A stretch of 64,000 nt of DNA, taken from Squalus acanthias (taxonomy: Eukaryota). The DNA lies in NCBI GenBank assembly GCA_030390025.1, contig CM059432.1:99636001-99700000 (forward strand), written 5' to 3'. Below, piece after piece: positions 11,077 to 21,830 of the stretch. The position numbers were made by a program, and so were the translations under genes. Positions within the stretch are counted from its first letter, which is position 1. Each line of letters begins with the position of its first letter. Below the pieces are notes generated by a model. That model saw nothing but the letters and a program-made list of their open reading frames with translations. It did no database searches and was not told where the DNA came from.

Positions 11077-12499
11077 TGTAGAAAGTATAAACAGACCCTT
11101 AATTTTAATATTTCGTGAAATGCTTTGCTAGGCAAAAAGGTTTTACAAGGTGAAATAAAGTTGGTAAATGTAACAAGCAGTCTTTCACTGATAAGGCAGG
11201 AAACATGGTTGTGACTGCAGGGGGTAATGATAGTCAACAGAGATAAACAAACTCCCTTAGTATTGTAGACATCGGGCTGGATTTTGATACTGGGGCGGGT
11301 TGGGGTCGTGTCATCCACTTTTCGTGTTATCCACCCGACTGCAATTGGATGTGGGAGATTGATGCGATTTTCACCTAATTGGCCAATTGAATTCCAGCAT
11401 GTGGGAACCCATGAACCAATTAGTGTTTTCAGTCTGAAAGTCGCCTCTGATGATGTCATCATTGCTGCTGCATTGAAGGTCTTCAGAGACTGCCTGGCCT
11501 TTGCTGTGAGAGGACCTGGATGCAAAATGAGCAGCAGCTCAGAGAGAGAGAGAGAGATCCAGCCAGCCAAATGTGCTCCCGCCAGGTTTCACAATCGTGG
11601 TTCAGAACAGGCGTGCTTCACGTAGAACAAGGGTTAAAATCACAAAGACCTTTCAAAATGGCATTATAGAGCCAATTTGGTGCTTGTTAAGGGCCTTAAC
11701 AGCCTATCCCGTCTCTTAAAGGAGGGACGCAGTCGGGACCAGCAGACACGATTTCATGAAAATTGCATGGAGGCGGGATGGAGGCGGACTTGTGCCTGCC
11801 CACCAGTTTTCGCTATTTTAACCCCCCACACGCCTCCAAACCCGCCTCCACGGGTCAATGAAAATCCAGCCCATCATGTCTCTGGTGACTTTTCTGAGGT
11901 GAGAAGTCAAACCTTTGAAGTTTTGAAATGCAGAATACGACGTAACTCATGAACTGAACCAAGTGGTTTTCTGCCACCTTTGTAAACTTTAGGAGTGAAT
12001 GAACAATTTTGGGCTGTGATAAGGACAAACTGAATAATAGCCACACAGGATGTGTGAGTGTAAACGTTTGACAACTCAAAACAGCTCAGACCAACATTAA
12101 AGGAACATTTCACTATCTCTGAATGAATGATTTAATACAAAAGACAAGGAAAGCTGTATAAAACACAGGTGGCTAAAGAAAATCAGCACTGCAGTCAGAA
12201 GAAGGTGGCTTGGCCAGTCATCTCGCCTACGAGGATCAAGCTGCAGTTGGAAGGAGGGGCCTGGCCAGTCTTTTCCCTTACGAGGACCTACAATCAACGC
12301 TGGACGAATCATCGGCGGGTGGTTGTATGTATGATTTCTTGTAATATTATTGGTGAACTGCTCGAATTGTGTTTGGGGTTTTGAATCTGTCTTAGGAACA
12401 ATAAAAGGTTAAAGACAGAACCCGTGTCTGGTGTAATTTCTCATAAGTCTCAAGTCCGAACTCTATAACCTGTTGGACGGGGCAAGGGGTAATTCCGCA
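11077..12499 (+). mobile_element. 3' LTR of provirus 1 (contains a MITE)
   Basis: Follows the PPT; TGTAGAA...TTCCGCA imperfect inverted ends; TATAAAA ~12156; AATAAA ~12400. Right end approximate. Confidence 0.65.
11274..11872. mobile_element. PIF/Harbinger-type MITE family A, copy 1
   Basis: TIR GGGCTGGATTTT/AAAATCCAGCCC; 3-bp TSD ATC; inverted homolog at 32784-33456. Confidence 0.9.
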
Positions 12500-13125
12500 T
12501 GTCTTACAAAAGCAAATGCATAGAATTTTTCTACATGGGGAAAGGCAATAAATTATGAAGGCATGCACCATTGCTATATAATCCTTTATAAAATATTGAT
12601 AAAAACCATACAAGGCAAGAGAGTTGAGATGGATTTTTTTAAACAACTACATGGAAAATAAATGTAAATAGACACATAAGTGAAACAGAACCTTGAAGAA
12701 AATGTATATGGTTTTGTATTTCACACAGAGGAAGATAAAAGGCACTTTATTCAAATAGTGATGAAAGCCTTCATTTAAAGGCTAAATTAAAACTGCCACT
12801 TGTTACTCAATCCTACAATTGAAAGATTTATGAATTAATGTGCAGGAACACTTGGGGCTCGATTTTAATTCCCGAGGCGGGTTGGAGTCGGGTTGCGTGG
12901 TGGGCGGGTTCCGGAACCACTTCCGGCGGGATCAGCTGCTGATGTCCGATTTTAATGAAATCAGCTTGTTAAGTTCATTGGGGTGCGTTGGCTGGTCCAA
13001 TGATTGTGATCGGGTCGGCTGGCCGCCTCTGATGACATCATCATAGCAGCTGGTTTTAAATCTACCATTCAGCCTAAGCCTTTCTCTTCTGGATTCTGAT
13101 ACTCAGTGATATTGCTCCAACCACA

Positions 13126-14990
13126 ATGACTTCTTCCAGAGGCAAGGCAGCTCCTCGATTTAATGATGACTCCCTCCATGTTCTTGTCGAAGCTGTAAGA
13201 GGGCGCAGGGAGATTCTCTTCCCTCCTGATGGCCGGAGGAAGCCTCCTCAGCGGACCAAGGCAGCCTGGCTGCGCATTGCTGAGGAGGTCAGCGCCAGGT
13301 CCATTTATGCACGGTCATGGATCCAGTGCCGAAAACGGTTGAATGATCTTGTGCGAACATCAAAAGTGAGTATCCTATCACACTTACCTTCAATCTGCTT
13401 CCCTTCTCTTCTCATCACTGGCACTCTGCATTGTAAGCCTGCTCCTCCACATCCCACCTTACCCTTACTTCCCTTGCACCCATTCCTATCCATCTCTGTC
13501 TCTGCACAGAATCACTTCAGCATCCTGCCTATGCACCCCTTAGACTCGCTCTCACTGTTATGCAATGACAACAACTAACAACTAACAACACACGCCGGGA
13601 GCTAGCTTCCTCTTGGCACCCCATCTTCATCTCACTCAAAGCTTCTATGGTAGGGATTAATCACACTCACTCCATCACTGTGGTTGAAACTCTGCTTGTG
13701 TCCCCCTTTGCAGAAAAGATAGCCCACAATAAGAGGGAGAGAGCACTGACTGGAGGAGGTACACCTACCCTATCAACGTTGACCAGTGCCGAGGAGGCTG
13801 CACACAAAATTGTTGGAGGTGGCGAGGATCTGGAAGTGGGCGATGGAGAGACGGGCACACGAGAGGAAGCTGGTGACATAATAGAGTTTCATCCCTCTCA
13901 TTGACATTTAGTGATTGATTGCAATGGCATATGATGTTCATAGAGAATTGTGTTGTATCATCTGCTCAAAAGGATGTGTCTTCTACATCAATATCAGCTG
14001 TCTAACTCATGCCTTTACTCTCCCACAGGACCATCGAGTGCCCCCCTCCCCACGATCCAGGACGAAGAGCCGGACAACTCCTCAGAGGAACCTAAAGCCT
14101 CTGAGGGAGCAGCGTCACCAGGACTCAGTGCACCCAGCACCAGCGCAGCAATGCACACGTCAGTGATGCCATCGCGAGTTAGAGTAGTGTTGCAACCTGG
14201 TCTATCATAGCGCACAAGTGAGCATCAGCAGATGGTGGAGACAACGACAGCAGTGGAGAGTCCTCGGCGGAGGTCTCAGGACTCTCCTAACTCTGCTGAG
14301 CTGCATGCAGATGCTGTGCCTCTGCAAGGGTTTGCCTCCAGGGTTAGTGCGAGTGTGGATAGAATGGAGTAGTCCATCTCTAACATCAGCACTGCCGTGG
14401 TGGAGGCAATGGTGCATGAACGCACCACCATGGATAGGATGGCAACCTCTGTGGAAAGGCTGGCTACCTCAGTGGAAAGGCTGGCTACCGCCATGGAGGA
14501 AATAAGTCGCCAGAGTCAGGAAAACATGGTGACTGTTCAAAATAGATTGTCATCTCTGAAGGAGCGATGGGCAGCTATTGAGCAGAGAGACCAGAGCTTC
14601 ATGGACATCCTTGTGATGAGGACTGTCAGTGCAGATACAGGTCCTCATGGCCCCCTGATGTGCAGCAAGGTGCTCTCCAGCCACTTGCCAGCACTGAAAT
14701 GCGGCTGACCTATGAGAGGGATGTTGTTGGCAGGACACAAGGAAGTGTGGGATCCTCTCAAAGCGCTCACACGACCATGCCACTGTGGAGCCCTCGGTCA
14801 GAGAACCACTTTGCAGAGACAACTGAGATGGCCGTTTCAGCCCCTGCACAGCCGCAGGAAGAGCAGACTGTTGCAGAACTCTCCCAGGCTCCCAAACCCA
14901 GAGGATGCCCGCCAAAGGCATCTAAGCAGGCGCAGCATCCAAGTCAGCAAGGTGCCTCGACATCTGCTGAAGCCACATGGGAAGCACTGC
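13126..14990 (+). pseudogene. Harbinger Myb/SANT-like DNA-binding protein gene, 3 exons, disrupted
   Basis: Exon 1 13126-13365 (APRFNDDSL..AWLRIAEEV..RSWIQCRKRLNDL) ends at GTGAGT. Exon 2 ~13714-13872 (EKIAHNKRERALTGGG..LTSAEE). Exon 3 starts at ~14029 after cccacag (Ser/acidic region, then coiled coil). Frameshifts and stops are present. Confidence 0.8.
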
Positions 14991-16755
14991 TGTAAGGTTT
15001 CCAAAATTTGCAGATCCCCAAAACCTAAGGAAAAAGGACATTGGAATTACCTCAGAGTGATAAAAATGCATTTGGGCCTAACATAAGGAATTTAAGACCA
15101 AAAACCAAGTTTTGGTATTTTAAAAACATGTCTGGGCCTGTAAAGGGAGAAAAGGCTGTGAAGGAATTTGAGGTCAAAACCTCAATTTTGGACATTTTTC
15201 AGGGTCAGGGATGAAAAGCCCTGAGGAAAAATGACTTTGAATGAAACCCTGCAGTCACAGAAACAATATAGGCTGCGGGGAGCGGGTGGTGAGGCGGTGG
15301 ACAGCTTTTGGCTATTGGGGCCCAGTCAAGCTGTCTGGAAAATGTTTGCACTGCAATCCAAGCAGGAGGAAGAGCCTCATCCAAAACCTCACAAACACAT
15401 CCAAAAATGAATAATCCAAGACCCCTTTTGAAAATCCCCAGGCCCAAACAGGATGCTAGGAGCCTGAAAACAATAAAACATCCAGTACACCCATCACCCC
15501 ATCAAAACCCAATTAGCCAAGTATCTACAGGGACAGATTAACAAGCCCGCCAAAAACCTAAGACAAAGGGGTCGAGATTTGGCGCGTAGATAAAGGCCCT
15601 GCCTAAACGGAAGACATTGGAAGCCATCAGGACAAGTAAACATAAAGTTGAAGCCATCAAAACTTAACGAGCCCGCCAAAACCTAAGACAATGGGCCTGA
15701 AACAGTATAATTGAGGGCCTATTCCCCCAGCACACACAGCAAGCTACTCACAGCTACAGAGGGCCACACGACACGAGCAGGAGGAGGAGAGAAGCAGCAA
15801 GGCCACGAGGCAGACCCGGGGCGAGATCGGAGGCAGGGATAGACAAGGCTAGGCAAGGGCTGGAGCTGAGACCACTGGGAGCGAGTCGGCATCGCTCAGT
15901 ACACGGTCCAGCACTAACAGCCACTAGCCAAGGTCACTGGAGGCTGGGAACGAGTTGGCATCGCTCGACCCACGGTCCAGCCGCAGGAGGTACTGCCCCG
16001 ACAGGCCTCCAACGCAACAAATCGACGACCAGAGCCACCAAGGGCTCCACGAGGTAGACCGCCACTCAAAAGTACCGCGGGGACCAAGGCCCCGCGCAAC
16101 AACCAACCACCAGACAACCACGACCTAAACCAGCCAACCAGGGGAAACCCGAAGAAACGCCAACCCTACAACTACTCCTGGCTTACCCCTAGGTAAGACT
16201 TGCATGCAAAGACTCTAAACCTAAAGCTAAAAGCAAATAAATCGGGTACTTACCTGATAATTCCACAACCGCACCCTACCGCATCTGCGGACTCCACCCG
16301 ACTGAGGAGCCCTCGCAAATTCCACAGACCGGTACCACATGGGGGCAGCTAGGCCCCAAAGGACAAAAAGAGAGAACCCCAAAACGCAATCAACTTACCT
16401 GGTTGGATTTCGAACTGTCAAAACCCCTGTTTGGTGAGCATTATCCCTGATCTCCTGAAATCAAAACTTAGCTAGATAGTGGGATTTTTGGGAGGGATAA
16501 GGTTTTTTTTATATATTGTCTTTCTCCCTCGCCTGCACCGTGTGTTCCCCAACCTGTTTAAGTGTTAAGTGTGTTTTAAGTTTGTTACCTTTTTCTTTTT
16601 ATAAAAGTCAAAACTCTTTCATCCAAACCTGTTGTCTACTGCATCTTTGTTCACAACCACCAAATAAGTCCAAGGCCTAGACCCAGGGGCGTGGGAGCGA
16701 TTCGAACCGCTCACTGAGTCAGAGGTGAGGCTGACCCCTACACACCACCCCCTAC
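14991..16755 (+). mobile_element. Long solo LTR (1765 bp), same family as the 3' LTR of provirus 2
   Basis: TGTAAG...CTACA; perfect 4-bp TSD CTGC; first ~155 bp near-identical to 63075-63230 and last ~95 bp similar to 63300-63395. Confidence 0.93.
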
Positions 16756-17855
16756 ACTGCGTAGAAGCATGCGTAAGAGAAAGATTAAGCACATATAGTC
16801 ACAAGGGGACTCACGTGGGTGTTTTGTCTTTTTTTTCTGACAGTTCTTGGTTTATGATCCTTTTGTCATGTGTAAAAGAAAAATTATGGCCAACAGTTGA
16901 TTGTGTGGCCTATGTGTTCTGGGAAATGGCAAAAGCGCATTGAGGGCTCAGGGCGACTTGCTTTTGTAGTGCTGATGGTGAAAGTGATAGGAAATAACTG
17001 GGTATAGCAGAGATGATGTATGACGTTGGACAAAATGTTGCCTACAATTAAGGAGCCATATGGTAGCCACCTATGGTTGAAGAGTAAGCTGATGCGACTG
17101 TGGCATGGCAGTGTGAATATCCTGCTTGACGGGCAGCAGTGAACTGGAGGGATGCTGCATTGGTCACAACAGGGCACGCAAGGTGCCTCTCATCCTCCTC
17201 CTCTTCCCAGGAAAATCTGCGCTGAGCCACGTGGCTGCTGCTCCTCCGATTATGAGGACCAGGATAAAAGACATAAATTTTCCCCATCCCCTTGCTATAG
17301 ATTTCATTTGAGGCAACAAGCTTGCAAGTGCACAGTCGAAGTGGCCTGAAATTATTCCATTCAGGTCACACTGCAGATGGGTGTCAGATTGTACAGTCAC
17401 AAGGTCAGTAGATGTACAAAATCTTATCCCATACCTACAACAGCAAATTTGTTGCATTTGAATGTTAGCCATGTTTCAGGGGCGCTTTTAAAGTGCTCCA
17501 CCAATTAATATAAATCCTGTCCTCCAGCAACTCGTCTCCTTGAACCTGGCCTATATCTGACAAGATGGGAAACAGGAGCCAGAAGCACAAAAATGGGAAA
17601 CCACTTTCAAAATAGGATTAACAAGGCAGTTAACAGGCTCTTAACTGCCTTAACGACCTGTCCCACGGTTTCAGTCAGGTCAGTTTGGGAGCGGCTGAAC
17701 AGACACTCAGGAAAATCGGATGGGGGCGGGGTGGAGGCAGGTTGGATGTCTGAAGCCATTTTTTCCGATTTTTGCTACAGACCCGACTCCAAACCCGCCT
17801 CCTCAGGGCTATTAAAATTGAGGCCTTTTACTCTGTCACAACCTTTAAAGATCTT

Positions 17856-18222
17856 GCGGTGGAAATTCATTTCAACCTGTTTTCGGGCCTAGATCTCAAA
17901 TCAGAAGCCAAAGGCCTAAGGCTCATCCAAAATTAAGCCTTGGGCTTCTTCAGCATAGGGCTGGTGAGCTGTGGACACCAGAGGCACCTCACCAGTTCCA
18001 CGAGGGCGAAGTTGGGCTGCCTGCCTCCCCAGAAGCTGCCATCAGGTAGGTCCTGGGAGTGGGCAGGAGAACAGGAGGGGGCGCTCCTACTCAAGCGGCC
18101 ACACAGGAAATCAATATGGCGACGGACACATTTCAGACATTCTTGGGGTGCAGCAAAATTGGTAATTTTTGCTCCCGTTTCCTGTCTGGAAAATGGGTAC
18201 AATGAGGATCAATTTCTGCCCC
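17856..18222. mobile_element. Probable degraded Harbinger MITE
   Basis: Imperfect TIR GCGGTGGAAATT / AATTTCTGCCCC. Confidence 0.45.
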
Positions 18223-19514
18223 GTTATGTTTCTAGGCAAAGCTGATCTACAATGCCAGAGAAAAATAGGGAGCAAATATAGCTGCTTCCTTGGGAAGTTA
18301 GACTTGTGCAATTCTTTAGGATGGAGACATTCTATGCTTTGAGTCTCATGAGACAGCCTGGTATTTCCAGCATTAATCTTATGTTCTATGCTAAACTAAT
18401 CATCATCAACCTGTTCATAAATACAGATACTGCATAATTGTGCATTTTATGGTAATAAAGTGCATAAATGCATAAGTGTGCTTATGTACGAATTAATTGC
18501 TGTTTTCTCCTTTTACAGATGAATGGAACGAGTGCATCTCAGGATGCTACAGAACAGTTCCCTTTACAGAGGAAGATGGATGGGTATAACTCACCACAAT
18601 ACTTGTCATCTCTCTCGCTGGCACCAAACACCAGTACAGAGACTAGCAGAGGTACTGATGTAGCAACGTAGAGGAGGAATCTCTGGGTGAAGGACCGAGC
18701 ATATGTGATGGAGAGGTACCGCTGGAGGTTAAGAGGGTCTACGTGGAGGCTTAGGCTGCTGAGTACTTCTTAGTTGCCTCAGGATGCAGACTTTGACTGA
18801 GGATACTGCAACAAGTGATTGCCATTGATAGGCCACTGGTCTCCATACACATGATTTTGCAAGATGATCTGGGCAGTTTGAAGGAGTTCAGCAACCATAT
18901 GGGTACTGTTGTGTATCAATGGTTGTCTACACTGGTCTGGAATAGAGCAGCTGCCAGTAGCTATGGTGACATTCGTTACGTAGATCATGGACACAATAAC
19001 AGTATCTAGTAAGAATGATTGATATTATTGCTAAGAATACTTTGAAGTCTGAACTCCAAGAAGCCGTCCTAGCTGCCTTTAACAGACCTGGAGAAATATT
19101 GCAGACACCCATGAGGGAGGAATTCAAAAACTCATAGATGTCCAGTGTTCTCTGCTTCATCAAATCAGTGGGCATGAGGAGGTTAAGCTCCCCAGCAGTC
19201 ATGTACTTGTGGAATAGTGTAGGAGGTGCCAGCTGGCTTTCACGTCTGTGATACTTTTGTGCCATCACAAATCTGTGCATAAATGACAGTAAACCCTACC
19301 TCAGAAAGTGTTGTGCTTTAAGTGACTACATCACAGCAGAGCTCCAGCACGAATGTAGGTTTATTAAGGTTAGTCGCAGCTAGAAATAAAGGACATTCTG
19401 CATCCCTTGTAGCTCTTTAATGTCATTTTTCAGCCATTTCCTGTGATTTTTGCATTCCTTTTTATCTAAGAAGTCGCACAACACCAGGTTATAGTCCAGC
19501 AGCTTTATTTGAAA

Positions 19515-19551
19515 TCACAAGCTTTCGGAGCGCTGCTCCTTCGTCAGGTGA
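19515..19551 (-). ncRNA. Minimal type I hammerhead ribozyme motif (inverted copy)
   Basis: Exact reverse complement of 19846-19882. Confidence 0.8.
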
Positions 19552-19845
19552 AGTGAAGAGATGCATATAGGCACAGTATATATAGTCAGAGAACACTGCC
19601 AGATGATTACAGTTAATCTTTCCAACTGCCCTTTATCACACCTCGGCAGAGAGATAATCACGGCAATCAAAGGTGTGGATGGTGTCCAACTGTCCTGACT
19701 GACCTGTTTGGACACGATCCACACCTTTGATTGCCGTGATTATCTCTCTGCCGAGGTGTGATAAAGGGCAGTTGGAAAGATTAACTGTAATCATCTGGCA
19801 GTGTTCTCTGACTATATATACTGTGCCTATATGCATCTCTTCACT

Positions 19846-19882
19846 TCACCTGACGAAGGAGCAGCGCTCCGAAAGCTTGTGA
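19846..19882 (+). ncRNA. Minimal type I hammerhead ribozyme motif
   Basis: TCAC-CTGACGA-A-GGAGC(AGC)GCTCC-GAAA-GC-TT-GTGA: conserved core, stems I and II, palindromic AAGCTT stem III. Confidence 0.8.
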
Positions 19883-20375
19883 TTTCAAATAAAGCTGTTG
19901 GACTATAACCTGGTGTTGTGCGACTTCTCACATTTGTCCACCCAAGTCCAACACCGGCATCTCCACATCATGGTTTTTATCTAAGGCTGTTGCATTGATG
20001 CGGATGAATTTTCTAAAAAAAAGTATTGAAAATATAACACCCGTTGAAACAGAGTTCTAATGAAAAAAAGCTGCGTAACAGGGAGCAGTGCAATACAAGG
20101 ACATGTATCACTGAGTGGCATTTGACATTGTATGACTGATTTTACAAGTTTGCATTACGAGCAAGGAGCCTTGCCCACTAGCAGCACATGTCAGGAAATT
20201 GTGGGCATGCTGCGCATGAATGAATGGAAAATCATGGGGGGCTCACCCACGATTTCCCGATACACGTGGCCAGCAGACAAGGATTCTTGTCAGTAGGGCA
20301 AACTTGGAAAATTCTTATAACTCATAAGGGCCCAGTTGCCTTATGTTTCTCCAAACCAGCCATGTTAAATATGTT

Positions 20376-21251
20376 GGGGGAGAAATTCGGTATCGCCCCG
20401 TTTGGGGCGCAATTATCGGCCGGGCACAAAGTTTAGCGCCTGTCGCTAATTATCGCTTCCGACTGCAAACTTGGCTTCTATCACCCCTGGAGGTGATTGG
20501 AGCGCTAAATCAGGCACTACACACCTCTCTTAAGGCGCTAACGCCGAGGAGCGAGGCACTATCTCAGAGCGCTGGCGAAGCTCATGTGATGTCAGTCAGC
20601 AATGGAACACAGACACACTGGCGCTGGCCAGTTCTTAAAGGGGAGGGTCAATCTTGCTCTCCATCCACACCTTGCTCATTGCAGCCTTGAATCTCGGCCT
20701 GGAGAGATCTGTACATCAAATCTGCTGGAAAGAACAATGGAGAAGCCCAGAGAAAGATGTCAGAGTGCAGCCCCCATAGTCTCTTCTAAATTGATGCAAG
20801 AAAGATCAAATCAAAATGAACCTGCAAAGTGCTGCTCAGTACCCAAAACGCCTCAACACAGCGTTGAATATCTCCAGAAGTCTCTCTCACTCAGAATGCG
20901 TGGTGCAAAAATGTCGCCGAACAAAAAGGCAGGAACCAGTCGCCTTTAAATAGCGCTCCCCCAGTCCCTTCCTGACTGCAAAACACTCCCCTCAACCTGT
21001 CGTTGCTAGCGGCAGGCGGTAAGGCAGGGGGCGCCACTCAATATCCGGTCCGGGGCGTTGCACGCTCGACTGACGTCACGATCTGCGGGCACAGGAGATC
21101 GTGGCGGTAGTGTTTAGCACGGCCGCAAAATGTCTGGTCAATTACGCGAGCGCCGCAAACATCGCCGTGCACGGGCGCTAGTTGCTTTGCGCCCCATTAG
21201 CGCCCTCTTAAGGCACTAACGGGAGGCGCAAACCAACCGAATTTTTCCCCC
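20376..21251. mobile_element. PIF/Harbinger-type MITE family B, copy 1
   Basis: TIR GGGGGAGAAATTCGGT/ACCGAATTTTTCCCCC; TSD GTT/ATT; homolog at 24314-25207. Confidence 0.88.
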
Positions 21252-21464
21252 ATTAAGTTTAATAACTCGAGGTTCAGAAAGTAGACTGATGAGTGGCAAA
21301 TGGCCTTAAAGGGGAAATTTTCTGCTTCAGCAGTCCTGGCATAGAACTACGTCCACTGGGAGCGCACATTGTGAAATTGTGCAGTCCCAGCCCATGATTA
21401 ATTTATCATTCATTAAAGTTAATGATCAACTATGCTCAATTTTAGCATTCTTGTTTCTGATTTC

Positions 21465-21830
21465 AGGTTCCACTCCAGGACTTGAGCATATAATCTAGGC
21501 TGACACTTCAGTGCAGTTCTGCATTATCAGAGGTGCTGTCTTTCAGATGAGATTTTAAATTGAGGCACTATCTTCCTGTTCAGATTGAAATGGTAAATCC
21601 CATGGTATTATTCGATGAAGAGCATGGAGCACTCCTGGTGTCCTGGACAACATTCATCCCTCACTTATAAACAGATTAACTCATTATCTCATTCGATGTT
21701 TGCTGCACCATATTTGCCTACGAAACAACAGTGACTATTCCTCAAAAGTAATTAATTGGCAGTAAAGGATTTTAACATGTTCTGGGGATATGAAAGATGC
21801 TGTACAAATGCAAGGCCTTCCTTTCTTTCA
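21465..21830 (+). mobile_element. Deu-domain SINE (SacSINE1/AmnSINE-like)
   Basis: aggctgacacttcagtgcag..gaggtgctgtctttcagatgag..tcctggtgtcctgg..aaatgcaag tail. Confidence 0.75.

Larger units (their letters stand above)
5591..12499 (+). mobile_element. Defective endogenous lokiretrovirus-like provirus 1 (no 5' LTR or gag; pol, env remnant, 3' LTR)
   Basis: Order is protease, RT, tether, RNase H start, integrase, env remnant, PPT (gagggg at ~11067) and an LTR beginning TGTAGAA at 11077. Confidence 0.8.
12854..17826 (+). mobile_element. Non-autonomous Harbinger DNA transposon (~3.2 kb without the nested LTR) carrying a Myb/SANT gene
   Basis: TIR GGGGCTCGATTTTAAT / ATTAAAATTGAGGCCT; subterminal GAGGCGGGTTGGAGTCGGG mirrored; TSD CTT/TTT. 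Confidence 0.8.
19471..19973. mobile_element. Penelope-like element remnant arranged as an inverted repeat
   Basis: Arms 19469-19689 and 19708-19928 with 2 mismatches, plus a 3' extension; flanked by a 12-bp direct repeat TTTTTATCTAAG. Confidence 0.88.

Noticed and set aside
11073..11952. ORFs repeated at 32611-33446 and at 20343-20949/24586-24920
   Set aside because: The similarity reflects MITE copies; the ORFs lack domains and consistent boundaries.
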